Shown one piece after another: positions 30,010-38,440 of a stretch of DNA of 64,000 nt. The notes beneath the pieces were generated by a model. It was not told where the DNA came from and searched no databases. It worked only from the letters and a program-made list of their open reading frames with translations. The translations under genes and the position numbers were made by a program. Positions within the stretch are counted from its first letter, which is position 1, and every line of letters begins with the position of its first letter. The stretch comes from a virus (taxonomy: Duplodnaviria > Caudoviricetes): positions 47,943-111,942 of the IMG/VR virus record IMGVR_UViG_3300026121_000008; one strand, given 5' to 3'.

Positions 30010-30887
30010 TGGCCCTCATCACTTGCCGGTCGGGCAAGGTGTCTCACCCCAGCCGGGAGGCGGCACTGGCCCACCAGAAGGCCCTCATCTTCAAGAACAA
30101 TCTGGAAGGCGTCCCAGAGCGGTCCAAGGGCCTGAACGTCTACCCGTGCCCGGAGTGCGCGGACTGGCACGTCGGTCACAAGCCGGATGAAACGCCGCTG
30201 GTGTACCACTACACCACGGGATACCACCTCGATCTGATTCTGAAGGCCAAGAAGTTGCGCCCTCGAAATGCGAAGAAAGAGAGTCGAGCTATCAACGAAC
30301 CCAAGCCCCTCCTGTGGTTTTCTTGGAACGCCATATGGGAACTTTCTGTGCTGAAAGATCCTCGCCCGTCATGGGCGCGTTCGGTGGTGCCGACTGGACG
30401 GGCGATTACCGAACTGTGTAACGGAGGCTTGGTGCGGTTCAGTGCCCCCGCATTTGTGGCGAAGCTCCGCTGGTATGACTATCTCGTGCGAAACAAGACG
30501 CCGAAGCTCCAGCAGGAGATGATGACGCAGATCGGGAATCCCATCGAGTGGCTGGCGACGGATCGTCCGGTCCCCCTGTCAGAGTGCCGTGCCGTGGAGG
30601 TGTGGTATCACGGGCAGTGGGTGGATCGACTGTCGGTGTCCGATGAAGAGTTTGAGGCGTATCTCGCAGGGCGGAACAAGGCGTATAAGGCGGCATGGGA
30701 GCGTCTCTCCGCTCGTGAGCCGATAGCCCTGTCTCCAGATGCGAATGACGCCGAAGTGATTCTGTTCGAGGACTACCTGCAGGAGGTGCGGGAGCACAAC
30801 TGGATACAGACGCATCGTGCGGAGATTGACCGGTTCAAGGCCACGCTGAAGCGGACGCCCCAAGGCGTGCGGACCATCACGCGGTAG
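30009..30887 (+). CDS. Hypothetical protein (zinc finger plus ART-like YHYT domain)
   Basis: C.SGK...Y.CPEC..WHVGH; VYHYT...LWFS. Confidence 0.5.
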   Translation: MALITCRSGKVSHPSREAALAHQKALIFKNNLEGVPERSKGLNVYPCPECADWHVGHKPDETPLVYHYTTGYHLDLILKAKKLRPRNAKKESRAINEPKPLLWFSWNAIWELSVLKDPRPSWARSVVPTGRAITELCNGGLVRFSAPAFVAKLRWYDYLVRNKTPKLQQEMMTQIGNPIEWLATDRPVPLSECRAVEVWYHGQWVDRLSVSDEEFEAYLAGRNKAYKAAWERLSAREPIALSPDANDAEVILFEDYLQEVREHNWIQTHRAEIDRFKATLKRTPQGVRTITR

Positions 30888-30959
30888 GCACTCAAGTGCA
30901 GTGTTGACAAACGCTGGTGTGTGTGCGAGAATGGTTGCAGGTCACAGGAGGACCGACAG

Positions 30960-31148
30960 ATGGAAACCTACTTCAGCGTGAGTCTCAACGGGCGGTTTGT
31001 GTTTCGGACGGACGTGTTTCAGAATGCGACGGACAACGAATTGGCGCGGGTCGAGAACGCCCTGCTGGCTCTGCGTCACAGCGGCGAGAACTTCATCATC
31101 ACCCGGAGCGACCGTCCTGCCTCGTGGACGTCTACGGAAGTGCTCTGA
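30960..31148 (+). CDS. Hypothetical protein
   Basis: Promoter at 30904, AGGAGG RBS. Confidence 0.6.
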   Translation: METYFSVSLNGRFVFRTDVFQNATDNELARVENALLALRHSGENFIITRSDRPASWTSTEVL

Positions 31149-31210
31149 GGCCATCAGGGGCCGGGAAACCGGCCCTTGACAAACCCCTCTGGGTGTGGGA
31201 GAATAGAGGT

Positions 31211-31399
31211 ATGGAAAACGAACTCAAACAGCAGCCGGTGGTCATCCTGCACAAGGGCTGGACCAACGAGCACACGCGGACGGTTTGGAACCTCCATCTG
31301 CGTCCCAACGAGGCTCAGGTCTACGGACAGGTGCGGGATCAGGGTCGGGTGTGGTTGGTGGGCCTGCGGACAGACGGCAAGTGGGAGCTTTACAAGTAA
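31211..31399 (+). CDS. Hypothetical protein
   Basis: Promoter at 31176. Confidence 0.55.
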   Translation: MENELKQQPVVILHKGWTNEHTRTVWNLHLRPNEAQVYGQVRDQGRVWLVGLRTDGKWELYK

Positions 31400-31479
31400 G
31401 CTCTTGACAAACCCTACCGGACCTGTCAGAATGGTCTGGTAAGGCAGACACGGCAACCGTTCAAAAGGAGTTTGAACCC

Positions 31480-32343
31480 ATGGCGAAAAAGACCCCGACC
31501 GTCCACAACCCGACGCACTTCGAGCCCTCCGCGTACGAGGTCGTGAACTACTTCGACAACCGTCGCCCCCAGTACTACGGGCAGGGCCTTCCGGCCTACG
31601 AGCAGGAAGTCCGCGACTGGGAGAACGAGCTTCAGGCGACGTTCGGCCCGGACTGGCGCAGCAAGGTGTTCCACTGCGTGCATTGCGGGAACGGCAACGT
31701 CCGCTGGATCACGGCGACGTTCCACGCGCCCACGGGCGAGACGGTAGTGTTCGGGTCGGACTGCACGGCGCGTCTCGGGTTCCGCAACCACGTCGCGTTC
31801 AAGCTGGCGCAGCTTCAGGCCAAGGCCGAAGTCGGTCACAAGCGCATGAAGATCTGGAAGGCCCGTGTCGCCTTCCTCGAAGCCAACCCGGTGTTCGCGG
31901 CAGCGGTCGAGCAAGCCAAGAACGACCTGCACGCGAAGAACGGCTTTGTGCAGGACGTCATCAGCAAGCTGGGCCAGTACGGTTCGCTCTCTGAGCGTCA
32001 GGTGGCGGCTGTCCTGAAGTCCCTCGCCCGCGACGTCGAGATGTCCAAGGCCAAGGTGGTGGAGGCTGCTGAGGTCAAGGGACCGGCTCCAGAGGGCCGT
32101 CAGACGGTCTCAGGGGTCGTCCTGAGCACGAAGGTGCAAGAAGGGGCCTATGGCTCGGTTCGCAAGATGCTCGTCAAATTGGCGAACGCTTCGCGGGTCT
32201 GGGTGACGGTCCCCAGCAAGCTGGCGGTCAACCGGAATGACGCCATCACCTTCTCGGCTACCTTCGAGGTGTCCAAGGACGACAAGAGCTTTGCCTTCGG
32301 GTCACGCCCCACGGTGGTGAGCGTGACTCCGGCAGCGGCGTAA
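31480..32343 (+). CDS. Conserved-type phage protein (zinc motif plus C-terminal OB-like domain)
   Basis: CVHCG...GSDC; YGSLSERQ; GRQTVSG.V...F.ATF...FGSRP; promoter at 31404. Confidence 0.65.
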   Translation: MAKKTPTVHNPTHFEPSAYEVVNYFDNRRPQYYGQGLPAYEQEVRDWENELQATFGPDWRSKVFHCVHCGNGNVRWITATFHAPTGETVVFGSDCTARLGFRNHVAFKLAQLQAKAEVGHKRMKIWKARVAFLEANPVFAAAVEQAKNDLHAKNGFVQDVISKLGQYGSLSERQVAAVLKSLARDVEMSKAKVVEAAEVKGPAPEGRQTVSGVVLSTKVQEGAYGSVRKMLVKLANASRVWVTVPSKLAVNRNDAITFSATFEVSKDDKSFAFGSRPTVVSVTPAAA

Positions 32344-32426
32344 ATAAACCGGGCGAGGGGATTGACAAACCTCTCGCCCGTTTGATAGACTGCGTCAGCT
32401 TCCCCAACAGGAGTGGGTGAGTATCC

Positions 32427-32729
32427 ATGATGAGACGACGACTGGTACGACGACTACGGGTGGCGGAGTTCCACTTCAGGGCGTACACTGGCCCGGAGAT
32501 GGTGTCCTCGACGGCAGAGCGGCTGTATGCCATGGCTCCACCCGGATTCAAGGTGACGACCGTGGGCACACAGCACGTCCACTTCGCGGTGCTGTCCCTG
32601 ACGCCGTATGGTGCGGAGTTGGCGACCCGGTCGTGGTGGCTCTCGGCAGGCTTGCGGTTGAAGCCGTCCGATCTGGAGCCCCTCGGGGAGCATGGCATTC
32701 AAGTGCAATCCGAAGCGGTGGTGTCATGA
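32427..32729 (+). CDS. Hypothetical protein
   Basis: Promoter at 32362. Confidence 0.5.
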   Translation: MMRRRLVRRLRVAEFHFRAYTGPEMVSSTAERLYAMAPPGFKVTTVGTQHVHFAVLSLTPYGAELATRSWWLSAGLRLKPSDLEPLGEHGIQVQSEAVVS

Positions 32730-32909
32730 CAACGTGTGCGGTGTGCCAAGGCACGGAGGCGTTGTCAGACATGACCGATGGACAGACCCACCACACCCTC
32801 TGTCAGGAGTGCCGGGAACTGGTGACGACGTTGTTCTACATCCACGGGACCATGAGCGTGGCCGTCATGGAGAGCACACGGGCGAAGCGGGGACGCAGGG
32901 AGACGGGCG

Positions 32910-33407
32910 ATGCGGATTGGGTTTTCTGGAACTAGCGCGGGCATGACCAATGACCAGATGCTCCAAGTCCACATGCTGCTCGGAGATATGTGGACGGGGG
33001 GAGCCACGCAGGCGAGTCATGGGATGTGCCAAGGGGCCGATGAGCAGTTTCACGGCATGGCCAAGGTGCTCGGCTACTTTCTGATCGGCTGTCCCGGCGT
33101 GTCCCACAAGGACACCCTCTGGAAGCGGTCGGAGAAGTGCCAGTGCGACATGGTGATGCCGGTGAAGTTCTTCCTCGACCGCAATCGGGACATCGTCCGG
33201 GAGTCGGATATCCTGATTGCGACTCCCAAGGAAACGAAGGAGCAGATGCGGGGCTCCGGGACGTGGGCGACCATTCGGTATGCGCGACAGGCCCACCGGC
33301 CCCTCATCATCGTCTGGCCGGATGGCACGAGCACGGTGGAGCATCTCCCCGGCGTCTCGACGGCAGAGGATTATCGGATGCAGTGTTTGAGAGGAGAATG
33401 GGTATGA
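32910..33407 (+). CDS. SLOG/DprA-like nucleotide-binding protein
   Basis: IGFSGT..G, HG.C.GAD, LDRNRDIV, SGTWATIRYA. Confidence 0.75.
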   Translation: MRIGFSGTSAGMTNDQMLQVHMLLGDMWTGGATQASHGMCQGADEQFHGMAKVLGYFLIGCPGVSHKDTLWKRSEKCQCDMVMPVKFFLDRNRDIVRESDILIATPKETKEQMRGSGTWATIRYARQAHRPLIIVWPDGTSTVEHLPGVSTAEDYRMQCLRGEWV

Positions 33408-33646
33408 AGGACTTATATCTCGATGCCGTGTTCAAGGGCACGGCGGAATACGGACGGCAGAATCCGGCGGTGGTCCGCCCGGAGATCCAGCCCATCTTCG
33501 GCCCCAAGGGGGTCGGCTACTGGATTGCCCGCCATGCGGCCCGAGAGGCCACAGGAGCCCTGCTGGAGGAGGCACGGCGGGTTGGGGTCACGGAACAGCA
33601 GTGGGAGGCTCTCAGAGCCGTTGCAGCGGACGTGGCCTATGACTAA
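33404..33646 (+). CDS. Hypothetical protein
   Basis: AGGAG RBS, overlapping operon. Confidence 0.5.
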   Translation: MKDLYLDAVFKGTAEYGRQNPAVVRPEIQPIFGPKGVGYWIARHAAREATGALLEEARRVGVTEQQWEALRAVAADVAYD

Positions 33647-33839
33647 CCACCAGAACCACCATCTGCCCCCGGAACTGCCCCCAGACGACCCCACGTTGAC
33701 CGTGGAGGCCCAGAAGTTCGTCATCAAGGAGTTGACTGCCAAGGTCCAGTTGCTCGTGGATTACCTCGACAACATGACTCTGCTGGAGGACCACACGTTC
33801 ACGTTCCCGGACGGAGATGTCTGGAAGGCACAGGACTGA
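33639..33839 (+). CDS. Hypothetical protein
   Basis: Overlapping operon ORF. Confidence 0.5.
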   Translation: MTNHQNHHLPPELPPDDPTLTVEAQKFVIKELTAKVQLLVDYLDNMTLLEDHTFTFPDGDVWKAQD

Positions 33840-33840
33840 C

Positions 33841-34059
33841 ATGAGAGCAGAAGATCCGATGACAGTGGAAGTGGCGGTCACCCCCGAAGGGAACGTGTCG
33901 ATCAACATCCAGCATTTGCCCGTGGGCGCGGATGGATGGGGACATCTGACGTTCAACGTGCCGCAGGCGATTGAGTTCATCAAGGCGTTCGAGGGTGCCA
34001 CCCTTGCCGCCTATGGCATGACGCAGGAGCCGGGGCTCAGTCAAAACAAGATGAATTGA
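33841..34059 (+). CDS. Hypothetical protein
   Basis: Operon ORF. Confidence 0.45.
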   Translation: MRAEDPMTVEVAVTPEGNVSINIQHLPVGADGWGHLTFNVPQAIEFIKAFEGATLAAYGMTQEPGLSQNKMN

Positions 34060-34255
34060 GATGGGCCTCATGAAGAAGGGCAAGTACGTCGTGGTTCACA
34101 ACGGGGAGGTCTTCGGCGTCTGGTCGAAGCTCTTGCTGGCAGAGCAGTGGGCGGATGGGAATCTGCGGGGGGAGTACTACGTGGCATTGCTCAAGGAAAT
34201 CCCCCGGCTGGAGCGGTAGTTGACAAACTCCAGCGAGGTGTGAGAGAATCTCTGT

Positions 34256-34621
34256 ATGGCAAATCTTCAAGTGGCACAAACGATTCTCGAACAACTCGGC
34301 GGGCGCAAGTTTCTCGTCATGACCGGCGCGAAAAATCTGATCGGCAGTGAGAACACCCTGTCGATGCGGATCAACTCGGTGAACTCCGAGGGCAAGCGGG
34401 TGAACGTCGTACATATCGTGTTGGACCTTTCGGATACCTACACGGTCGTGGCGAGCTACCTCCGGGCAGGGAAGCTCAAGAACGTCGCCACGGTGAGCGA
34501 GGTGTACAACGATGCGCTTCAGAGCGTCTTTACGCGGGTGACCGGGCTCGACACGTCGCTCGGCACCATGGGGTTCTCGGCAGCAGAGATGCGGGCGTTC
34601 AACAACCGGCACGAGGACTGA
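34256..34621 (+). CDS. Conserved-type small phage protein
   Basis: AQTILEQLGG.KF..MTGAK...DTY...VY...LQ..F...TGL; promoter at 34220. Confidence 0.75.
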   Translation: MANLQVAQTILEQLGGRKFLVMTGAKNLIGSENTLSMRINSVNSEGKRVNVVHIVLDLSDTYTVVASYLRAGKLKNVATVSEVYNDALQSVFTRVTGLDTSLGTMGFSAAEMRAFNNRHED

Positions 34622-35039
34622 GATGAGTGAGATCGGACTACCGCTGATTGTTGGGATGTTCGCAGGATTGTTGGCAGCTATCTTCGCCCGTTTAGGGGAG
34701 GTCAAGGCGGAGTGTGTCCAGACTAACCGATGGCTCTCGGCTATTTACGATGAGGAACGAAGGAAGTAGTTGACAAGGTTTCTCCCATGTGAGAAACTCA
34801 GGGTCCGATTCAAGGAGTGAACAAGTGACTCGCAAGGAACTGGCAAGCAAACTCGCACAGGCTCTGACGTCCACGAGCGACCGCTATCTGGCGGGGTGCA
34901 TGTCCCGGCCCACATGGTCCTCACACATCTCGTCCCTCTGGGGACAGGTGGATGCAGCGGGCCTGAAGAAGGACGTCCTCAAGTTGGTGGACCCGGCCAA
35001 GGTCGGTCTGCGTCCGCTCAGTGAGCAGAGGATCTGACC

Positions 35040-35282
35040 ATGGAACGGCGAAACGTGTATTTCGTGACCTACGATCTGGTGATCAACAACAGCGTGCAGG
35101 TAGACGACGAACCCGCAGGGGAGGCGTACGTCATGGGCCTCGACTTCGAGGAAGCGTACGAACTGGCACAGGCCATCCGATTTGACCTGCGACCGAGTGC
35201 GGTCTACAAGGAACTGGCGATTCGGAGTCTGACGCTGGTCCATCCGGGTGTGGTGATTGGACCCAAGGAGGCAGGACAGTGA
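35040..35282 (+). CDS. Hypothetical protein
   Basis: GAGGA RBS. Confidence 0.55.
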   Translation: MERRNVYFVTYDLVINNSVQVDDEPAGEAYVMGLDFEEAYELAQAIRFDLRPSAVYKELAIRSLTLVHPGVVIGPKEAGQ

Positions 35283-35851
35283 AGCGGCAAGTGGCGTGGT
35301 GGCTCGTGGTGAGTACGCTGACCATGGGCGGGCGAGTGTGGGCACAGGGAGAAAGTACCCCTTTGCTGGAGATAAAACCAAAGTGTGAAGTGTCAGAGGC
35401 AGAGTTCATGGCCGCATACTGGCCGGTGATGTCTGTCGAACAGAAGAATATTGCCTGTGATATCGCGGAGACAGGACGAAGACGGGCGGCAGCACGCGCC
35501 AAGCTCGATGCTCCGCCGACGACCAAGGCCCGGAGTCCGATCATGACGTTCGTCGGGCTAGGATTAGCCGTAGCGGGGGTCATCACAGCGGTACCGCAGG
35601 GGGACACGGTAGATGTCGTGGGACATTCGTACTGCGTGAACACGGATACGTCGTGGGGATCACATGCGAGTGTGAATTCAGGCGCATGTTCGAGAGGCCC
35701 GAATGCTCGATTGGTGGGTGGGTTGATGATTGCAGCGGGTTTACCCATGATTTACTTCAGCATGCAGCAGGTGGCTATCGAGCCGAGAGTGGGATCATCG
35801 GGAGTGGGTGTGACCACTACGGTCAGTTGGGGGAGCAGTCATGCCAAATGA
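35279..35851 (+). CDS. Membrane protein with signal peptide
   Basis: N-terminal signal, two hydrophobic segments. Confidence 0.55.
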   Translation: MKRQVAWWLVVSTLTMGGRVWAQGESTPLLEIKPKCEVSEAEFMAAYWPVMSVEQKNIACDIAETGRRRAAARAKLDAPPTTKARSPIMTFVGLGLAVAGVITAVPQGDTVDVVGHSYCVNTDTSWGSHASVNSGACSRGPNARLVGGLMIAAGLPMIYFSMQQVAIEPRVGSSGVGVTTTVSWGSSHAK

Positions 35852-36050
35852 CGATCTATTGAAGATGACCGTGGCGGCGTCGAAGTTCGGGTGGACGGTA
35901 CCGGTGGCGGAAGCGGAATGGCCCCAGACCCTGATCCATGACGACACGGAGTGGACGAAGGACGAGATGACACTCGCCGGGAACGGCGAGGTCCAGTGTG
36001 TGAACTACACGGATGGCAAGGAGAACTGGCTGGTGGTTTGGAACGAATGA
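35841..36050 (+). CDS. Hypothetical protein
   Basis: GGAG RBS, operon ORF. Confidence 0.55.
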   Translation: MPNDDLLKMTVAASKFGWTVPVAEAEWPQTLIHDDTEWTKDEMTLAGNGEVQCVNYTDGKENWLVVWNE

Positions 36051-36445
36051 CCAAAAAGAAAGCGACCCTCGAAGCTGTGCAGGACGTGCAACCAGTTGCC
36101 ACGGTGGGCTTGAAGAAGATCGTCTCCTTTGGCTACAAGTATGCGCCTCCCCCCAAAGATGCCGGGGGGATCGTGGTGGACGTGCGGCAGATGTTCCGGA
36201 ACCCGTATGCCAATCGGAGCCTGCGTCATAAGACTGGTTTTGACCAGTCTGTGCAGGACGAGATCAAAAAGACTCCGGCTTTCCGGACGAAGGTCCGGGC
36301 TCTCAAGGCCCTGATGAAAAGCCCCGGCATTTCGGCGGGCTACATCGGGTGCGTCGGTGGCAAGCATCGGAGCGTGTTTCTGGCGGAGTTACTCGGCAGT
36401 GAGTTAGGCGTCCCGGTCGAACACCGTGACGTGCATCGGCCATAG
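36047..36445 (+). CDS. RapZ/YhbJ C-terminal-domain-like protein
   Basis: SFGYK...DVR...NP...IGCVGGKHRSV...HRD. Confidence 0.8.
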   Translation: MTKKKATLEAVQDVQPVATVGLKKIVSFGYKYAPPPKDAGGIVVDVRQMFRNPYANRSLRHKTGFDQSVQDEIKKTPAFRTKVRALKALMKSPGISAGYIGCVGGKHRSVFLAELLGSELGVPVEHRDVHRP

Positions 36446-36455
36446 GAGGGCAGTG

Positions 36456-36728
36456 ATGGGTGTGATGAGAGACGTGAAGGTGTTGGCGAAGCGGTTGCGG
36501 GCCTGTGCGAACGTGTTGGACGCCCTGTTCGAGGAAGACGCGACTCCGGCCAAGGCGGAACAGATCCGCCAGTCGTTGCCGATGGTGCGACTCCCACGAA
36601 AGAAGCGGTTGCACTGGACGCAGAAGCCGGAGAACCGGGAAAAGCTGGTCGAGAAGTCTCGACGTGCTGCCCAGACAAGGATCGCGCAACGCCGTGCCCA
36701 ACAAAATCAGACGCCAGAAGCCAGTTAA
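36456..36728 (+). CDS. Hypothetical basic protein
   Basis: HWTQKPENR motif; AGGAGG RBS. Confidence 0.55.
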   Translation: MGVMRDVKVLAKRLRACANVLDALFEEDATPAKAEQIRQSLPMVRLPRKKRLHWTQKPENREKLVEKSRRAAQTRIAQRRAQQNQTPEAS

Positions 36729-36914
36729 GGGCGGGCGGGAGGCTCTGCCGTCCTGCGTGCTGAAGTCCATCCGGAGGGAGGTCGAGGAGCGGGCCTCCCG
36801 CTACCGGGTCTCGAAGTCTTTCGTGATCGCCGTGGCACTGGCCGAGGCATTTGGGGTCAGGGGACAGGAGTCCTACATGGAGAATCCTGAGAAATCCCGA
36901 GGGAAACAGGCGAG

Positions 36915-36943
36915 TTGACAAACTCCAGAGGGGGTGCTAGAAT
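36915..36943 (+). promoter_or_regulatory. sigma70-type promoter
   Basis: TTGACA-17 bp-TAGAAT with extended TG. Confidence 0.75.
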
Positions 36944-36992
36944 TGGTGTGTAAGTCGGACACACGCCAATGGAATGGCACAAGGAGCCCAGT

Positions 36993-37991
36993 ATGAACCT
37001 TCACGAAAACGTCGCCAAGCTGCAGTCGGTCCTCTCAAGCCTCAAGTTCAATGACGCGAAGTTTGCGTCGGACCTGATCGCGTCCTACAAGAAGTACGGC
37101 GGCTTGACGCCGAAGCAGGCCCCGTGGATCGAGAAGCTGATCGCCCGTGCGACGGCTCCGGTCGTGGCCCCCGTCGTGGCCCCGGTCGTCGTGAGCGTCG
37201 GTGACTTCTCGGGTGTCGTGGCCCTCTTCAACAAGGCCAAGGAACACCTCAAGTTCCCGAAGGTCCGTCTGGTGCTCAACAACGTCAAGGTCGTCATCTC
37301 GGTGAACGGCCCGAAGTCGAAGACTCCGGGGCACCTGTCGGTGATGGGCGAGGGGCAGTATCCTCACCGCACGTTCTACGGTCGGGTGAGCCCGGAAGGT
37401 CAGTTCTTCGCAGGCCACCTCACGCAGGAACTGAAGGACGCACTGGTGGTGCTCCTGCAGGAATTCAGCAAGAACCCGGCGCGTGTCGCCAAGGACCATG
37501 GCAAGCTGACGGGGAACTGCTGCTTCTGCAACAAGGAAGTCGGCAAGGGCAAGGAGCAGCGGTCGGTGCATGCGGGGTTCGGCCCGGATTGCGCGGAGCA
37601 CTACGGGCTCAAGGCCGAGTGGCTGGCAGCGGTGGAGAAGGCGGAGGCGAAAGCCTCCGTCGCCACGACCTCAATTGAGGCACCGGTCACCTCAATTGAG
37701 GTGCCGACTCTCGCGGAGTCATTGGCCAAGGCGACGGGCGCGGTGTCGGTGACCGTGACGGATGGCTCGAACGTGGACAGCTACGGCCCGAACCCCGGTG
37801 ATCTGGGCGACCTCGAACCTTTAGCGGCAGACGAATTTCTGGAGTCGGTGCTCGTGGCCACGAAGGCGGAAGTGAATTGTTTCTTCTGTGAGCAGCCGTC
37901 GTTCGAGACCAAAGTGCTCCATGGCTATGCGGTGTGCCCCGCCTGTGTGCAGGCGTTGGTGAGCCCCGCGCAGCCGGTCGCACTTTACTGA
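36993..37991 (+). CDS. DUF6011-like zinc-finger protein
   Basis: GNCCFC...RS..AGFGPDCA; second CxxC...CxxC at the C-terminus. Confidence 0.65.
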   Translation: MNLHENVAKLQSVLSSLKFNDAKFASDLIASYKKYGGLTPKQAPWIEKLIARATAPVVAPVVAPVVVSVGDFSGVVALFNKAKEHLKFPKVRLVLNNVKVVISVNGPKSKTPGHLSVMGEGQYPHRTFYGRVSPEGQFFAGHLTQELKDALVVLLQEFSKNPARVAKDHGKLTGNCCFCNKEVGKGKEQRSVHAGFGPDCAEHYGLKAEWLAAVEKAEAKASVATTSIEAPVTSIEVPTLAESLAKATGAVSVTVTDGSNVDSYGPNPGDLGDLEPLAADEFLESVLVATKAEVNCFFCEQPSFETKVLHGYAVCPACVQALVSPAQPVALY

Positions 37992-38180
37992 GCCCAGCCG
38001 GATCACGACCGGCTAGTCTGGGGACCAATCCCCGATGAAGATGAAGCGGTGTAGTGGCCGCAAACAAAGGACGGCCCGTATGGGCTGAGTTTCCGGACCA
38101 AAGAAACCGGCGTGAATGAAGGACGCGAGAGACCGGGGGGACGAGCCGCAAGGCGATGACTCTTTCCGGTCCCTTCACTG
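37992..38180 (+). ncRNA. Candidate structured non-coding RNA
   Basis: Five to six consecutive hairpins including a GCAA tetraloop and a K-turn-like internal loop. Confidence 0.4.
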
Positions 38181-38193
38181 TTTGGAGGAAACT

Positions 38194-38352
38194 ATGGCAA
38201 TCATCGTGGTGGGTCTGGTAATGGTCGTGACAGCGTTCGCGCTCTGGGTTCGTCGCAACAACCAATGGGACGTGACACAGGATGCGATGTCCGATTCGTG
38301 GATGCGGGACCATGTCTACCGTACCGGAGCGACTCGGGCATGGCCTGATTAA
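38194..38352 (+). CDS. Small membrane protein
   Basis: GGAGG RBS, N-terminal TM helix. Confidence 0.5.
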   Translation: MAIIVVGLVMVVTAFALWVRRNNQWDVTQDAMSDSWMRDHVYRTGATRAWPD

Positions 38353-38440
38353 CTGCAACCAAGTGCAGGAAAAATAGGGGTTGTGTCGGTGCAGGGCTGA
38401 GGGTACACTGTGGCGTCCCTGACAGGAGTCTGCTGAGCCG

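Noticed and set aside
37668-37702. Tandem CCTCAATTGAGG palindromes
   Set aside because: Explained by a short in-frame duplication (TSIEAPV/TSIEVP) and they do not fit the 14-bp consensus.
38030-38110. Second tRNA or hammerhead ribozyme
   Set aside because: No cloverleaf with a T-loop and no intact CUGAUGA core in the right context.
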